Counted from the first letter of the stretch, positions 17,488 to 28,140 are shown. The stretch: 64,000 nt of DNA from Candidatus Micrarchaeota archaeon (GCA_016207165.1 JACQQD010000008.1:14602-78601), one strand, 5' to 3'. Program-made: numbers and translations. Notes: a model not told the origin generated them from the letters alone.

Positions 17488-18309
17488 ATGCGTTGGCTTG
17501 TTTCGTTCCTGGTTTTGGCCGGGCTTTTCGGTGCCGTGTCCGCGTTGTCCCTAACGGTCTTGGATCCCGTGTTCAAGGAAGTCACGGCGTCAAGCACGTT
17601 GGACTTGGGGACCGCCGGGCCCGGGCAGAAAATCGTGGTCATTGCCCAGCGCCCCAGTGGGGACTTGTCCAAGAACGCGGCCAAGCCCGGCGAGGCGCTT
17701 TGGGACCGCATCCTCATCGAGCGTCTTCCGGATGGCTGGACGGCGGAGGCCTCCAAGTTGTACGAAGAGCCTTTTCAGGCGTTCGTCTCCATTGCCCCCG
17801 ACGCCGCGGACGGCGAGTACACGTTTTACGTGCGGGCCATGGACGAGTACGACGGACTGCCTTCGCTTTCGTTTCCCGCGAAACTGCGCGTGTCCCGCAA
17901 CGTCTTTTCCGCTTCCCTGACCCAGTCGCGCCTGTCGGTGGGCGTAGAGCAGCCGGCGGTGTACTTCTTGCAGTTGCAGAACACGGGTAGTGCTTCGGAC
18001 GTGTTTGACGTGGCGATCAACGGCTTGCCGGCGTCTTGGTCGGAGCCGCGCCGCGTTTTCGTTCCACACAATTCCGTGGTTAACCTCGCCTTTCCCGTCA
18101 CTCCGGAAGAGGCCAACCAATACGTGTTTTCTTTCCATGCGCAGTCCCTGTCCAGCCCCCGTGTCTTTAGTGACGCGAACGCGGAACTGGTGGCGGAGAC
18201 GACGCTGTTGAACGACTTGCGTGCCAGCGCCAACGGCGTGGTCTTGTTTCCCTCTCCGGTGCAGGCCGTGTATTCGTTGCTGGCGTTCTTGGCCCGCGCC
18301 TTTTCGTGA
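17488..18309 (+). CDS. Exported beta-sandwich (COG1470/NEW3-like) protein
   Basis: Signal peptide, LQNTGSASDVFDV...GLPASW motif, hydrophobic C-terminus. Confidence 0.7.
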   Translation: MRWLVSFLVLAGLFGAVSALSLTVLDPVFKEVTASSTLDLGTAGPGQKIVVIAQRPSGDLSKNAAKPGEALWDRILIERLPDGWTAEASKLYEEPFQAFVSIAPDAADGEYTFYVRAMDEYDGLPSLSFPAKLRVSRNVFSASLTQSRLSVGVEQPAVYFLQLQNTGSASDVFDVAINGLPASWSEPRRVFVPHNSVVNLAFPVTPEEANQYVFSFHAQSLSSPRVFSDANAELVAETTLLNDLRASANGVVLFPSPVQAVYSLLAFLARAFS

Positions 18310-18315
18310 ACTTCA

Positions 18316-19899
18316 ATGCATGCGTTGCTGACGCCGCGCCAAGCGGCGTTGTTGGAACTGGTCGACGCCCTGCAGCGCGATCCGCCGGAAAAACCCGATG
18401 AACTGCTTTCCCTGAAAGCCGTGGTGGGCAAGCGTTATGGGTTGAAGGAAGTCATCCGCAACGCCGACATCCTGGACGCCCTTGGAAAGGACGCGTCCCC
18501 GGAACTTAAGTCGCTTCTTCGCACCCGGGCCGTTCGCTCGCTTTCCGGAGTGTCCGTGGTGGCGTTGATGATGCGTCCGGATTGGTGCCCGCACGGCACC
18601 TGCGTGTATTGTCCTGGCGGCCCCAACACGAATTCGCCGAAAAGCTATACGGGCTTTGAGCCGGCCGCGCGCCGCGCCAAGCAGAATGACTTTGATTCCC
18701 ATCGCCAAGTCCACACGCGCATCGCGCAACTGGAGGCCATTGGACATGACCCGCAGAAGTGCGAAGTGATTTTGATGGGGGGCACGTTCAACGCCCAGCC
18801 TCAAGACTACCAGGACGCGTTCGTGAAGGGCATGTACGAGTCCTTCAACCAAAAACCGGCGGGTTCGTGGCAAAAAGCCAAGGAACAGAATGCGTCGGCG
18901 CATTACCGCGTCATCGGCTTGACGTTTGAGACCAAGCCGGATTGGGCCACTCCGACGCACTTGGACGCGCTTTTGGAATACGGGGGCACGCGCGTTGAAC
19001 TGGGTATCCAGAGCTTGGATGAAGAAACCCTGGAGAAATCACACCGGGGCCACACCTTGAAGGACGGTTGGGAGGCGACGCAATACGCCAAGGACGCGTT
19101 TTTCAAGGTATGCCACCACGTCATGCCCGGCCTTTTTTCCACGCCAAAAAAGGATGTCGCCATGTTCAAGGAACTCTTTGAAGACCCGCGGTGGCGGCCG
19201 GACATGCTCAAGATTTACCCGTGCCTGGTCATTCCCGGAACCCAATTGTACGCGCTTTGGCGGCAGGGAAAATTCCAGCCGTTCACCGCGAAAGACGCCG
19301 CGGAGGCCATCGCGCGGGGTAAGGCGTTCGTGCCGGAGTACTGCCGCATCATGCGCGTGGACCGCGACATTCCGACGACCTTGATTGCCGCGGGAGTTGA
19401 GAAAAGCAATTTGCGCCAACTCGTGCACGACCGATGCACGGAGTTGGGCATCGCGTGCCGGTGCATCCGGTGCCGTGAGGCGGGCCTCAAGGCGAGGGAG
19501 GGGTTTTCGTTTGACTGGAGGGAGGTTCAACTCGTGCGCCGCGACTACCTGGCTTCGAAAGGCAAGGAAGTGTTTTTGAGTTTTGAAGCCGACGACGCGC
19601 TGCTTGGGTTCTTGCGCTTGCGTTTTCCGTTCCAACCGTGGCGTCCCGAAATCACGGAGGATGCCGCCGGGGTTCGGGAACTGCACGTGTACGGCGAACA
19701 GTTGCCCCTGCACTTGAAGAAAAAGGACGCGGTGCAGCACCAGTCCCTTGGGAAACGCTTGCTGAGGGAGGCTGAACGCATCGCTTTCGAGGAATGGGGC
19801 TGCAAGAAATTGTTGGTCATTTCCGGTGTGGGCGTGCGGCAATACTACCAGAAACAAGGCTACTCGTTGGAAGGCGTGTACATGGCCAAAGCGTTATAG
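18316..19899 (+). CDS. elp3: Elp3 tRNA uridine(34) modification radical SAM/KAT enzyme
   Basis: CPHGTCVYCPGG radical SAM motif, PKSYTGFEPA, LKIYP, RELHVYG, QHQSLG, ISGVGVR. Confidence 0.97.
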   Translation: MHALLTPRQAALLELVDALQRDPPEKPDELLSLKAVVGKRYGLKEVIRNADILDALGKDASPELKSLLRTRAVRSLSGVSVVALMMRPDWCPHGTCVYCPGGPNTNSPKSYTGFEPAARRAKQNDFDSHRQVHTRIAQLEAIGHDPQKCEVILMGGTFNAQPQDYQDAFVKGMYESFNQKPAGSWQKAKEQNASAHYRVIGLTFETKPDWATPTHLDALLEYGGTRVELGIQSLDEETLEKSHRGHTLKDGWEATQYAKDAFFKVCHHVMPGLFSTPKKDVAMFKELFEDPRWRPDMLKIYPCLVIPGTQLYALWRQGKFQPFTAKDAAEAIARGKAFVPEYCRIMRVDRDIPTTLIAAGVEKSNLRQLVHDRCTELGIACRCIRCREAGLKAREGFSFDWREVQLVRRDYLASKGKEVFLSFEADDALLGFLRLRFPFQPWRPEITEDAAGVRELHVYGEQLPLHLKKKDAVQHQSLGKRLLREAERIAFEEWGCKKLLVISGVGVRQYYQKQGYSLEGVYMAKAL

Positions 19900-19924
19900 C
19901 AATCCCGGAAAGCGGGATTGCTAT
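19896..19924. repeat. Perfect 12-bp inverted repeat at the elp3 stop (TATAGCAATCCCGG family)
   Basis: ATAGCAATCCCG-GAAAG-CGGGATTGCTAT; a second imperfect hairpin TAGCAAAGCCAAC..GTTGGCTTTTCTA follows. Confidence 0.7.
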
Positions 19925-20024
19925 CTAGCAAAGCCAACCTATTCGTCGTGAGATTTGTTGGCTTTTCTATAACCCAATGATTTTAAGCGACGTCGCCGTT
20001 TTTCTTGCCTGGGTTTAGCGTTTT

Positions 20025-21353
20025 ATGCCGTATTCCAGGGACGTTGAGGAGGGGCTGAAAAAAATCAAGGCTCAGCCCGGCGACCGCGTCCGCGTAAAAT
20101 CCAAGAAGCAGGTTTTCGAAGGCGTCTTGTTGCCCAAGCCGGAGTTGGGCGCGTCCGCGTCGAACTTGATTTTGAAGTTGGACAATGGCTACAACGTCGG
20201 CGTTTCCGCGAAGGGGGCTCGGCTGGAAAAGCGTGAGGGCTCCGTGGCCTTGGAAAAGTTTGCGGAGTGGGTGCCGGACGCGCGCTCGGAATTGCCGAAG
20301 CTGTCGTTGGTGGCCACCGGCGGCACGATTTCGACAAGGGTGGACTACCAGACCGGCGGCGTGTACATGTTGGGCGAGCCGAAGGAACTCTTGGCGAAAG
20401 TGCCGGAACTTTCGGACGTGGCCAACATCCACCGCATTGAAAGCCCGTTTCGCAAAGCCACGGAAGACATGGATCATTCCGACTGGCAACGGCTTGCCCA
20501 GGAAGTCGTCAAGGAACTCAACTCCGATTCGCAAGGCGTGATGGTGACGATGGGCACCGACATTTTGCATTACAGTGCGGCCGCATTGTCTTTTATGATT
20601 CAAGACCAGAACAAGCCGGTGGTGTTCACGGCCGCGCAACGCTCACCGGACCGGGGTTCGTTTGACGGTGCCATGAATCTTTTGTGTGCGGCCCAGTTCG
20701 CGAAAAGCGATTGCGCGGAAGTGTCCATCGTCATGCATGGCACCAGTTCCGATGACTATTGTCTGGCGAACGTGGGAACCAAAACCCGCAAGATGCATAC
20801 TTCCAGGAGGGACGCGTTTCGGACCGTCAATGCCCAGCCGTGGGCCAAGGCGTGGCCGGACAAGCCCCCGCATTTTTTGCGCCGCGACTACAAAAAGCGA
20901 AGCGACGGCGTGGCCAAAGCGGATGTGCGTTTTGAATCCAAGGTGGCGCACGTCAAGCCGTGGCCTGGAGCCTCCGGCGAACTCATCGACTTTTTCGTGA
21001 AGAAAAAGTACCACGGCATCGTGGTGGAGGCGTGGGCGTTGGGCCACGTGCCGGCCACGGCCAAGCATTCCTGGATTCCGTCGATTCAAAACGCGGTGGA
21101 GAAAGGCGTGACGGTGTGTTTCACCAGTCAGTCTTTGTACGGCCGCGTGCATCCCTTCGTTTACGCCAACCTCCGCAAAGCCAGTTTTGCAGGAGCCCTG
21201 TACTTGGAGGACCTGTTGCCGGAAACCGCGTTTGTCAAGCTGGGCTGCGTTTTGGGCCGCACCAAGAACCCCGCCAGAATCAGGGAACTCATGTTGGCAA
21301 ACCTGGCTCACGAATACAACGACCGGCTGCAGCAAGCCGACTTTCTGGGCTGA
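20025..21353 (+). CDS. gatD: Glu-tRNA(Gln) amidotransferase subunit D
   Basis: LKLDNGYNVG, TGGTISTRVDYQTG, GTD, AQRSPDRGS, KMHTSRRDAF. Confidence 0.97.
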   Translation: MPYSRDVEEGLKKIKAQPGDRVRVKSKKQVFEGVLLPKPELGASASNLILKLDNGYNVGVSAKGARLEKREGSVALEKFAEWVPDARSELPKLSLVATGGTISTRVDYQTGGVYMLGEPKELLAKVPELSDVANIHRIESPFRKATEDMDHSDWQRLAQEVVKELNSDSQGVMVTMGTDILHYSAAALSFMIQDQNKPVVFTAAQRSPDRGSFDGAMNLLCAAQFAKSDCAEVSIVMHGTSSDDYCLANVGTKTRKMHTSRRDAFRTVNAQPWAKAWPDKPPHFLRRDYKKRSDGVAKADVRFESKVAHVKPWPGASGELIDFFVKKKYHGIVVEAWALGHVPATAKHSWIPSIQNAVEKGVTVCFTSQSLYGRVHPFVYANLRKASFAGALYLEDLLPETAFVKLGCVLGRTKNPARIRELMLANLAHEYNDRLQQADFLG

Positions 21354-21355
21354 CC

Positions 21356-23149
21356 ATGTTGGGTTTCAAAGCCGGTTTGGAAATACACCAACGCTTGGCC
21401 ACGTCGCGCAAGCTGTTCTGTCGTTGCCCAGCGGCTGTAGGCGAAGAAGAACCGCACGGCACGCTGACGCGAAAAATCCGGGCGGTGGCGGGGGAATTGG
21501 GGCACGTTGATCCGGCGGCGGCGTTTGAGGCCGCTCGCGGCAAAACGTTTCACTACCAGCTTTTTCCCTCTTCTTCGTGTCTGGTGGAACAAGACGAGGA
21601 ACCCCCGACGGAATTGAATTCGGAGGCCTTGGAGATTGTTCTGCAAGTCTCCAAAGCGTTGGGGGCTCGGGTGCTGGATGAAGTGCACGTGATGCGAAAG
21701 ACCGTGGCGGATGGGTCCGCGGTGTCGGCGTTCCAGCGCACGGCTTTGGTGGCCGTGGACGGAAAGCTGGAAACGTCGCAGGGCTTTGTGGGTATTGCCA
21801 CGGTTTGCCTGGAGGAAGAAAGCGCGGGCATCGTGGAGAAGACCCTAGGCCAATCCACGTACCGGTTGGATCGCCTTGGCATTCCTTTAATTGAGATTGC
21901 CACCGATGCCACGCTGAAAAACGGGGCGCACGCGCGGGAAGTCGCGGAGAAAGTTGGGGGCCTGTTGCGATCCACGGGGCGGGTCCAGCGCGGCATTGGC
22001 TCCATTCGCCAGGACCTCAACGTCTCCATTGCGGGGGGCGCCCGGGTGGAAATCAAAGGGGCTCAGGAGTTAAGGGATGTGGCGGACTTGGTGGATTTTG
22101 AAGCCAAGCGGCAACAATCGCTTGTTGGTCTTCATGCCAGCGTCCGGCGGCGGGGTTTCTTGGGGTTGGCGTTTTCAAGGCCGGTGGACGTATCCAACGT
22201 GTTTGCCGGAGCAAAACCCTTTTTTTCCAAGCCGTTGCAGGAAGGCGCGGTGGCTTTGGCCGTCAAGTTCATGCATTTGGGCGGCTTGTTGGGCCAGGAA
22301 CTAATCCCTGATTTGCGGTTTGGCTCGGAGGTGTCTGATTACGCCAAAGCCAAGACCGGGGTCAAAGGCATCGTGCACTCGGACGAGGATCCGTCCAAGT
22401 ACGGTTTGACGTCCGCGGATTTTGACACGATTTCTCTGGCTTTGGACTGCGGGTCTAACGACGCGTGGGCGGCCGTGGTCGCCCCCGAAAACGTGGCCGT
22501 CCCCGCGCTCAAGGCCGCCTTTGACCGGGCGTATCTGCTGGAAGTGCCCAAGGAGACGCGGCGCGCCGAAGGCACGGGCAGCCGCTTTATGCGCCCGCTT
22601 CCGGGCGCGGCCCGCATGTACCCCGAGACGGACGTGGTGCCCGTACCCGTCGCCGGGCGAATGCTTTCCAAAATCCCGTTGCCCAAGTCGTTGGATGAAC
22701 GCAAAGCCGATTACGTGAAGCTGGGCCTCAACACGGAACTGGCCGAGAAGATGGTGCACTCGTACGATTGGCCCCTGTTTGACCAGCTCTGCCGGCAAGC
22801 GGATCCCAAGACCGTGGCCTGGGTGCTTTTGGATGTCAAGCCGCAGTTGAGGCGCCAGGGCGTCAACGTGGAAATGCCGGACTCCCGGTGGAAGGACGTG
22901 TTGGCGCTTTACGCCGCCGGAGACGTGACGCGCGCGGCCCTGCCGGACGTGGTGCAATTCGCCGTACAGAACCCGGCCGCCGCGTTGGCGGACGGGGTGC
23001 GGGAAAAAAAATTGCAGCGGGTCACGGGCAAACCATTGGAGGTTTTGGCGGCTTTCTTGAATCATGATTTTGGGCAAATCATGCGCCTCCACCGCTTGAC
23101 GGTGGACGCTTCGGAACTCAGAACCCTGTTGGCCTCCAAACGCCCATAG
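21356..23149 (+). CDS. gatE: Glu-tRNA(Gln) amidotransferase subunit E
   Basis: GLEIHQ, KLFCRCP, MRKTVADGS, YRLDRLGIPLIE, RPLPGAARMYPETD. Confidence 0.97.
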   Translation: MLGFKAGLEIHQRLATSRKLFCRCPAAVGEEEPHGTLTRKIRAVAGELGHVDPAAAFEAARGKTFHYQLFPSSSCLVEQDEEPPTELNSEALEIVLQVSKALGARVLDEVHVMRKTVADGSAVSAFQRTALVAVDGKLETSQGFVGIATVCLEEESAGIVEKTLGQSTYRLDRLGIPLIEIATDATLKNGAHAREVAEKVGGLLRSTGRVQRGIGSIRQDLNVSIAGGARVEIKGAQELRDVADLVDFEAKRQQSLVGLHASVRRRGFLGLAFSRPVDVSNVFAGAKPFFSKPLQEGAVALAVKFMHLGGLLGQELIPDLRFGSEVSDYAKAKTGVKGIVHSDEDPSKYGLTSADFDTISLALDCGSNDAWAAVVAPENVAVPALKAAFDRAYLLEVPKETRRAEGTGSRFMRPLPGAARMYPETDVVPVPVAGRMLSKIPLPKSLDERKADYVKLGLNTELAEKMVHSYDWPLFDQLCRQADPKTVAWVLLDVKPQLRRQGVNVEMPDSRWKDVLALYAAGDVTRAALPDVVQFAVQNPAAALADGVREKKLQRVTGKPLEVLAAFLNHDFGQIMRLHRLTVDASELRTLLASKRP

Positions 23150-23190
23150 ATTTATTTAATGCCGGCTTTGAACAATTCTTGAACCGCCTT

Positions 23191-24213
23191 ATGGAGGACG
23201 CGTCTGGGGAAGGCTTTTCCGACCGATTCGATTCCGTCGGGGAAGGCATCAAGCGCTTTGGCGTCGGCAAACTCGTCTTGCTTCTCGTCATTCTAGCCGC
23301 GGCGCTTTGGTTTTTCGTTTTGGCGCCCAAGCCCGGCTCGCTTTCGGTGCGCGTCGTGGAAATCGACAGCGATTTGGCGTTGGAAGGCGTGCAAGTCGAC
23401 GCGATAATGCCGGACGGCGCCCGGCGGTCCAAGTTCACCGACGACGCCGGCTCCGCCTCGTTTTCCGAAGTACCCGCCCAGGCGGACGTGGCGGTCCGCG
23501 TGCTGCCGCCATCCACGCATGCTTCGGCCAGCCAGTCCGTGACGCTTTCTTCGGGCGCGTCGGATTCGCTTCGGTTTTCTTTGGGACGCAACGTCAAACT
23601 CCAGTTGGAGTCCGACGTGACGGCGCTGTCGCTGGGTTCCGGGTGTTCGACGAACATCGAGGTGTCGGCGCGCAACAACGACGCTCAGGCCGCCGACGTG
23701 TCCCTGGTGGGTGAAGGAAAGCTGTCGGGTCTGGTCTCCTCGGAAACCGTTTTGTTGTCCGGGGGGCAAAGCCAAGTGCTCTCCGTCAAGGTCACCGCTC
23801 CCCCAGAGGAAGGCAAGGCGTCCGGCGCGTTGCGCGTGAAATTCACTAACGCGGAGGTGCCCATTTCCTTGGAGGTCACGGGTCCGGACCAGTTGGGCGT
23901 ATCGCCCAACCGCTTGTCCGAGCGCGCGGCACCCGGCGAGCAACTCAAGAAGCTGTTCACCATCACCAACGAGGGCCGAAGCGGCGAAGTGCGGGACTTG
24001 AACGCCGAAGTCACCGGGGAACTTTCCGCGTACGTGCAGCCCGTGAGTTTTTCAAGTCAACAGCCGCTCAAGCCCCGCGAGCAAACGATTCTGACGATGT
24101 TCGTTGACGTGCCGAACGTCCCGAACCAGAAGGTCGTGGGCGTGCTGTTGTTGTCGTCGGCCTGCAGCCGCTTGAGCATCCCCATCGAGCTTGAAATCCG
24201 TGAACGTTCCTGA
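23191..24213 (+). CDS. Membrane-anchored Ig-like surface protein
   Basis: One N-terminal TM helix followed by beta-rich repeated domains; upstream of the pilus ATPase. Confidence 0.7.
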   Translation: MEDASGEGFSDRFDSVGEGIKRFGVGKLVLLLVILAAALWFFVLAPKPGSLSVRVVEIDSDLALEGVQVDAIMPDGARRSKFTDDAGSASFSEVPAQADVAVRVLPPSTHASASQSVTLSSGASDSLRFSLGRNVKLQLESDVTALSLGSGCSTNIEVSARNNDAQAADVSLVGEGKLSGLVSSETVLLSGGQSQVLSVKVTAPPEEGKASGALRVKFTNAEVPISLEVTGPDQLGVSPNRLSERAAPGEQLKKLFTITNEGRSGEVRDLNAEVTGELSAYVQPVSFSSQQPLKPREQTILTMFVDVPNVPNQKVVGVLLLSSACSRLSIPIELEIRERS

Positions 24214-24472
24214 CGTGGCCGTCGGCGTGCTTTCCAGTCCCGTTTTTTGGTCCACGTTGTCCTTCACGTTGGCGTTGGCTTTCACGTGGTGGTTTCTTCA
24301 AGTTCCCCGCAAGTGGTGGGTCCTGGCCGTGGCAGGCGTCTGCGTGTTTTTGTTGTTTGATTTCGGCGGCCTCCCTTTTGGGCTGACGGGTTTTTTCGCC
24401 GGGATTGGTTTGCGGCTCTGGAAAGCCTCTCGACAGAAAAGAGCTCTTCCCAGGCCCCGCCGGCGCCCGTAA
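24191..24472 (+). CDS. Small membrane protein
   Basis: 93 aa with 2-3 hydrophobic segments; start uncertain. Confidence 0.5.
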   Translation: MKSVNVPDVAVGVLSSPVFWSTLSFTLALAFTWWFLQVPRKWWVLAVAGVCVFLLFDFGGLPFGLTGFFAGIGLRLWKASRQKRALPRPRRRP

Positions 24473-24523
24473 CGGCGCCATCGGATTGGAAGGATTTAAT
24501 ACGGGTGTTGGCGTTGTTCTGCT

Positions 24524-26044
24524 ATGTCGTACTTGGACGCCTTGATGCACCAGGCCAAGGAGCCGGTTCCTTCTGAACCGTCCAAGGAAAAGCCCTCCAA
24601 GAAGGTGTTGCTGGACGCGTACGGAGACGTCAAGATCTACCGGGAGCCGGACGAACCGCTTTTGTTGTACGAAATCCAGGTGCCCCGTTACCGCGGCGAG
24701 GAAAAGCGGCTGGTGGAGGCGTTGTTGGAAATCGCGTTGAATGTCTTGCCGGTTCAGGCCTCGGCGCTGACGGCGGAAGAAAAACGCCAGCAGTATTTCC
24801 AGAAGATTTTGGAGATCATCGACGGCACGCCGGAACTCAAAGTGCCGGTCAACGCCAAGGAATTTTTCGCGAAAGCCGTGGTGCGGGAAATGGTGGGCTA
24901 CGGCCTCATTGACGACTTGACGCGGGATGACGAATTGGAGGAAATCATGGTCATCGGCAAGCAGAAACCCGTGTACGTCTACCACCGAAAATACGAGATG
25001 ATGCGCACCAACGTGGTCTTCTATGACGACGGAGACATCCGCAACCTCGCCGACCGCATCGCCCGCGCCGTGAACCGACGCGTTGACTTGCAGGCGCCGC
25101 TGTTGGATGCGCGTTTGCCGGATGGCACGCGCGTGAATGCCACCATTCCCCCCATTTCGTTGGACGGCACCACGATTACGCTTCGAAAATTCAAGAAGGA
25201 CCCGTTGACCGTCATCGACTTGATTCGGTACGGCACCATCAATTTCGACGCCGCCGCGTTTCTGTGGCTGGCCTCCGACGGCATGGGCGCTTTTCCCGCC
25301 AACGTCGTCATCTCCGGCGGCACGGCGTCCGGCAAGACCACGACGCTGAACATGTTGTCCGCGTTCGTGCCAAACAGCGAGCGCATCGTCAGCATCGAGG
25401 ACACGGCGGAGCTGAATTTGCCGCTTCAGCACTGGATCCGTCTCGAAGTCCGTCCGCCGGGCTTGGAGGGCTCCGGTGAAGTGTCCATGGACGATTTGGT
25501 GAAAAACTCCATCCGCATGCGGCCGGACCGCATCATCGTCGGGGAAATCCGGGGCCAGGAAGGCTACACCATGTTTGCCGCCATGAACACCGGACACCGC
25601 GGCGTCATGGGCACCCTTCACGCCAACTCGGCCAAGGAGACGCTGGTCCGCCTGACGTCGCCGCCGATTAACGTGCCTCTGTCCATGCTTTCTTCGCTGA
25701 ACCTCATCATCATGCAGAACCGCATCCACGACCGACGGAAGGGAACGATTCGCCGCATCACGGAAATCGGGGAACTGGTGCCTTCAGAGGAACTGGCCAT
25801 GCCGTCGCTTCAAATCCTGTACCAGTGGGATCCCGTACAGGACGTGCTTTCGTCCACCGGCCTCTCGTCGTTTTACCTCCAACTGCTCTCCCGGTACACG
25901 GGCCTCTCCCAGGACGACTTGTTGCGGGAAGTCCAAGTGCGTGCGGGGGTCCTGGAACAGTTATCCAAACAAGGAATTCGGTCCTTAGAGGGTGTTTCCG
26001 ACGTAACCCAGAACTATCTGGCGAAGTCGCGGTTGAAGGTGTGA
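24524..26044 (+). CDS. Type IV pilus assembly ATPase (CpaF/VirB11/ArlI family)
   Basis: GGTASGKTT Walker A, IEDTAEL, RMRPDRIIVGEIRG, AMNTGH, TLHAN. Confidence 0.95.
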   Translation: MSYLDALMHQAKEPVPSEPSKEKPSKKVLLDAYGDVKIYREPDEPLLLYEIQVPRYRGEEKRLVEALLEIALNVLPVQASALTAEEKRQQYFQKILEIIDGTPELKVPVNAKEFFAKAVVREMVGYGLIDDLTRDDELEEIMVIGKQKPVYVYHRKYEMMRTNVVFYDDGDIRNLADRIARAVNRRVDLQAPLLDARLPDGTRVNATIPPISLDGTTITLRKFKKDPLTVIDLIRYGTINFDAAAFLWLASDGMGAFPANVVISGGTASGKTTTLNMLSAFVPNSERIVSIEDTAELNLPLQHWIRLEVRPPGLEGSGEVSMDDLVKNSIRMRPDRIIVGEIRGQEGYTMFAAMNTGHRGVMGTLHANSAKETLVRLTSPPINVPLSMLSSLNLIIMQNRIHDRRKGTIRRITEIGELVPSEELAMPSLQILYQWDPVQDVLSSTGLSSFYLQLLSRYTGLSQDDLLREVQVRAGVLEQLSKQGIRSLEGVSDVTQNYLAKSRLKV

Positions 26045-26054
26045 TGTTCGGCGT

Positions 26055-27110
26055 ATGGATGAGGGTCGTCTGCAACGCATCAAGGACGCTTTGGAAGAGG
26101 CGCCGGACGAGTCGGACGTGGCTTCGACGCCGGACGTGTCGGGGTTGGCGGCCCGCTTCCGCGAAGAGTCCGGTGCACCCACCGCCCCGCAAAAGCCTTT
26201 GCTTAACTTTGACCGCGTGGCTTTCCCCAAGAAAGGCGTGTTGTCGTTCTTCGGCGGAATCTACCAGCGTTTCGGCCGCTTTTTTCGGGGTCTTTCCGAA
26301 TTCTTTTCCCGCCTGCCCATTTACTCGTCGCTGAAAGAAAACTTGGCGTGCGCGGGCATGCGCATGGAGCCGGAGAATTTTCTCGTGATTTCCGTGACGG
26401 GCGCGTTCTCGTTTGGCGCCTTGGTGTTTGCCGCCGTGGCCCTTTTGGGCGTGTTTCTGCGCGACGTGCTTTTGGGCTTGGCAGCCCCCTTTCTTGGCCT
26501 GGCGGCGTTTATCGGCGTGCTGTTGATCGCGCTGTCGTACCCTTCCATGCAGGCCAACCAGCGCGCCACGCACGTGGACCGCGTGTTGCCGTTTGCCTTG
26601 CGTCAGCTGTCCACCCAAGTCAAAGCCGGCGTGTCCTTTCACCGCGCCATGCAATCCATTGCCGCGTCCGACTACGGGTTGCTCAGCGAGGAGTTCGCCA
26701 AAGTGGCCGCGGATGTCAACCGCGGCGACACCATGGAGAATGCGTTGCTGAAAATGTCGCGTCGGACCAAGTCCCGGGGCCTGCGCAGGACCGTCACGCA
26801 ACTGCTTCGATCGTTTAAAAGCGGGGGTAACCTGTCGCAGATCATTTCCGACATCGCCGACGACGTCTCCTTCGAGGTGCGCATGAGCATCCGCGACTTC
26901 ACCGAGAAGCTCAACTTCATCAACGTCATCTACATCATGGTCGGCGTCGTGGCGCCGGTGACTCTGGCCATTCTGTCGGCGATCCTCCAGATTCCCTTGT
27001 TCGCCGGCAGCATCCCGCCGTTCTTGGTGTACTTTGCCTTCGTGGGCATTTTGGGCGTCATGGTCGCGATTTTGTACGCGACCAAGCGCATGGAGCCGTC
27101 GGTATGGTAA
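26055..27110 (+). CDS. Type IV pilus membrane platform protein (TadB/C, T2SS F family)
   Basis: LPFALRQLS, YGLLSEEF, SGGNLSQII; multiple TM helices. Confidence 0.92.
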   Translation: MDEGRLQRIKDALEEAPDESDVASTPDVSGLAARFREESGAPTAPQKPLLNFDRVAFPKKGVLSFFGGIYQRFGRFFRGLSEFFSRLPIYSSLKENLACAGMRMEPENFLVISVTGAFSFGALVFAAVALLGVFLRDVLLGLAAPFLGLAAFIGVLLIALSYPSMQANQRATHVDRVLPFALRQLSTQVKAGVSFHRAMQSIAASDYGLLSEEFAKVAADVNRGDTMENALLKMSRRTKSRGLRRTVTQLLRSFKSGGNLSQIISDIADDVSFEVRMSIRDFTEKLNFINVIYIMVGVVAPVTLAILSAILQIPLFAGSIPPFLVYFAFVGILGVMVAILYATKRMEPSVW

Positions 27111-28018
27111 CTCCGTCGGAAAACCTCAAAGCCCAGTACGGCAAGCTCAAGCAGTATTATGCGGTGGCCGGTTTTCGCATGCCGTTTGAGCGCTTCGTGG
27201 CCCTTTTTTTCCTGATTTCGCTCTCCGTTTTCGTGGTTCTTTTGTTGCTCCGATTGAGCCTGGTCGTATCCGTGGTCGCGTTTTTGACGTTCATGAGTTT
27301 TGCCGTCTCCATTCCGTTGACCATCCGCAACAACCGCATCGACGCCATCGAAGCCAACCTGCCGGATGCACTCAAGCACATGGCTTTGGTGCTCAAGTCC
27401 GGGGGCACCACTGAGGCCGCGTTGCAGGAAGTCGCGCAAGCCGAGTACGGGCCCGTGAGCGACGACCTCAAAACGTCGCTGGTGCAGTTGCAGGAGGGCA
27501 AATCTTTTGAGGAAGTCTTGGAGGAGGCGGCCAAAAAATCCGGTTCGCTTCTCTTCCAGCGAACGGTCCGAATCGTTTTGGACGCCAAGCGCGCCGGCGG
27601 GGGTTTGGCTGACGTCATGTACAGCATCGCCGAAGACGCCCGCGACCTGCTTCACATCAAGCGGGAACGACGCAGCCGCACCACCATGCACGTGTTGTTC
27701 TTGTTTGTTTCTGGCGTCATATTGGCCCCCTTTATTTTCGGTTTTTCCGTGTCCATCGTCCACTACATCAATACGGGTATTTCGTCCGCGCTTCCCAACT
27801 CGAAAGCGTCGGGTCTCTGCGATTTGAACAGCGTCTTGACGCTGTTCTTGATGGCCCAGACGCTCATTGCCGCCCTGGCTATCGGCTTGATTCGCGAAGG
27901 GCGGTTCACGAAGTATCTCCTGTACGCGCCGGTCATGGTTTTGGCCGCCCTTATTATATTCGAGGCCGGTAAGTTTGTAAGCGCCCTCATCGTGGGCGGC
28001 GCCGTGATTGCATGCTGA
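27104..28018 (+). CDS. Second type IV pilus membrane platform protein (T2SS F family)
   Basis: LPDALKHMA, YGPVSDD, AGGGLADV. Confidence 0.92.
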   Translation: MVTPSENLKAQYGKLKQYYAVAGFRMPFERFVALFFLISLSVFVVLLLLRLSLVVSVVAFLTFMSFAVSIPLTIRNNRIDAIEANLPDALKHMALVLKSGGTTEAALQEVAQAEYGPVSDDLKTSLVQLQEGKSFEEVLEEAAKKSGSLLFQRTVRIVLDAKRAGGGLADVMYSIAEDARDLLHIKRERRSRTTMHVLFLFVSGVILAPFIFGFSVSIVHYINTGISSALPNSKASGLCDLNSVLTLFLMAQTLIAALAIGLIREGRFTKYLLYAPVMVLAALIIFEAGKFVSALIVGGAVIAC

Positions 28019-28140
28019 AAAAAGCCTTCCGTTCAATCCGCGGACAAACGGCGATTGAATACGTCATGATGATTAGTGCCACCGTCATGTTCATTTCACT
28101 CGTCGCTTTTTTCATCAAGACTCGAGTGATTGCGCCGTGA
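28012..28140 (+). CDS. 42-aa pilin-like protein (class III signal peptide)
   Basis: MLKKAFRSIRG|QTAIEYVMMISATVMFISLVAFFIKTRVIAP; below the ORF track cutoff. Confidence 0.8.
   Translation: MLKKAFRSIRGQTAIEYVMMISATVMFISLVAFFIKTRVIAP

Noticed and set aside
20960-21355. Apparent long N-terminal extension or GatD-GatE fusion
   Set aside because: GatD stops at 21353 and GatE starts at ATG 21356 in another frame.
24068-25729. Long antisense or overlapping ORFs (also 32658-34367, 26930-28036, 51446-52486 and many more)
   Set aside because: They shadow well-identified genes in GC-rich DNA and carry no motifs.
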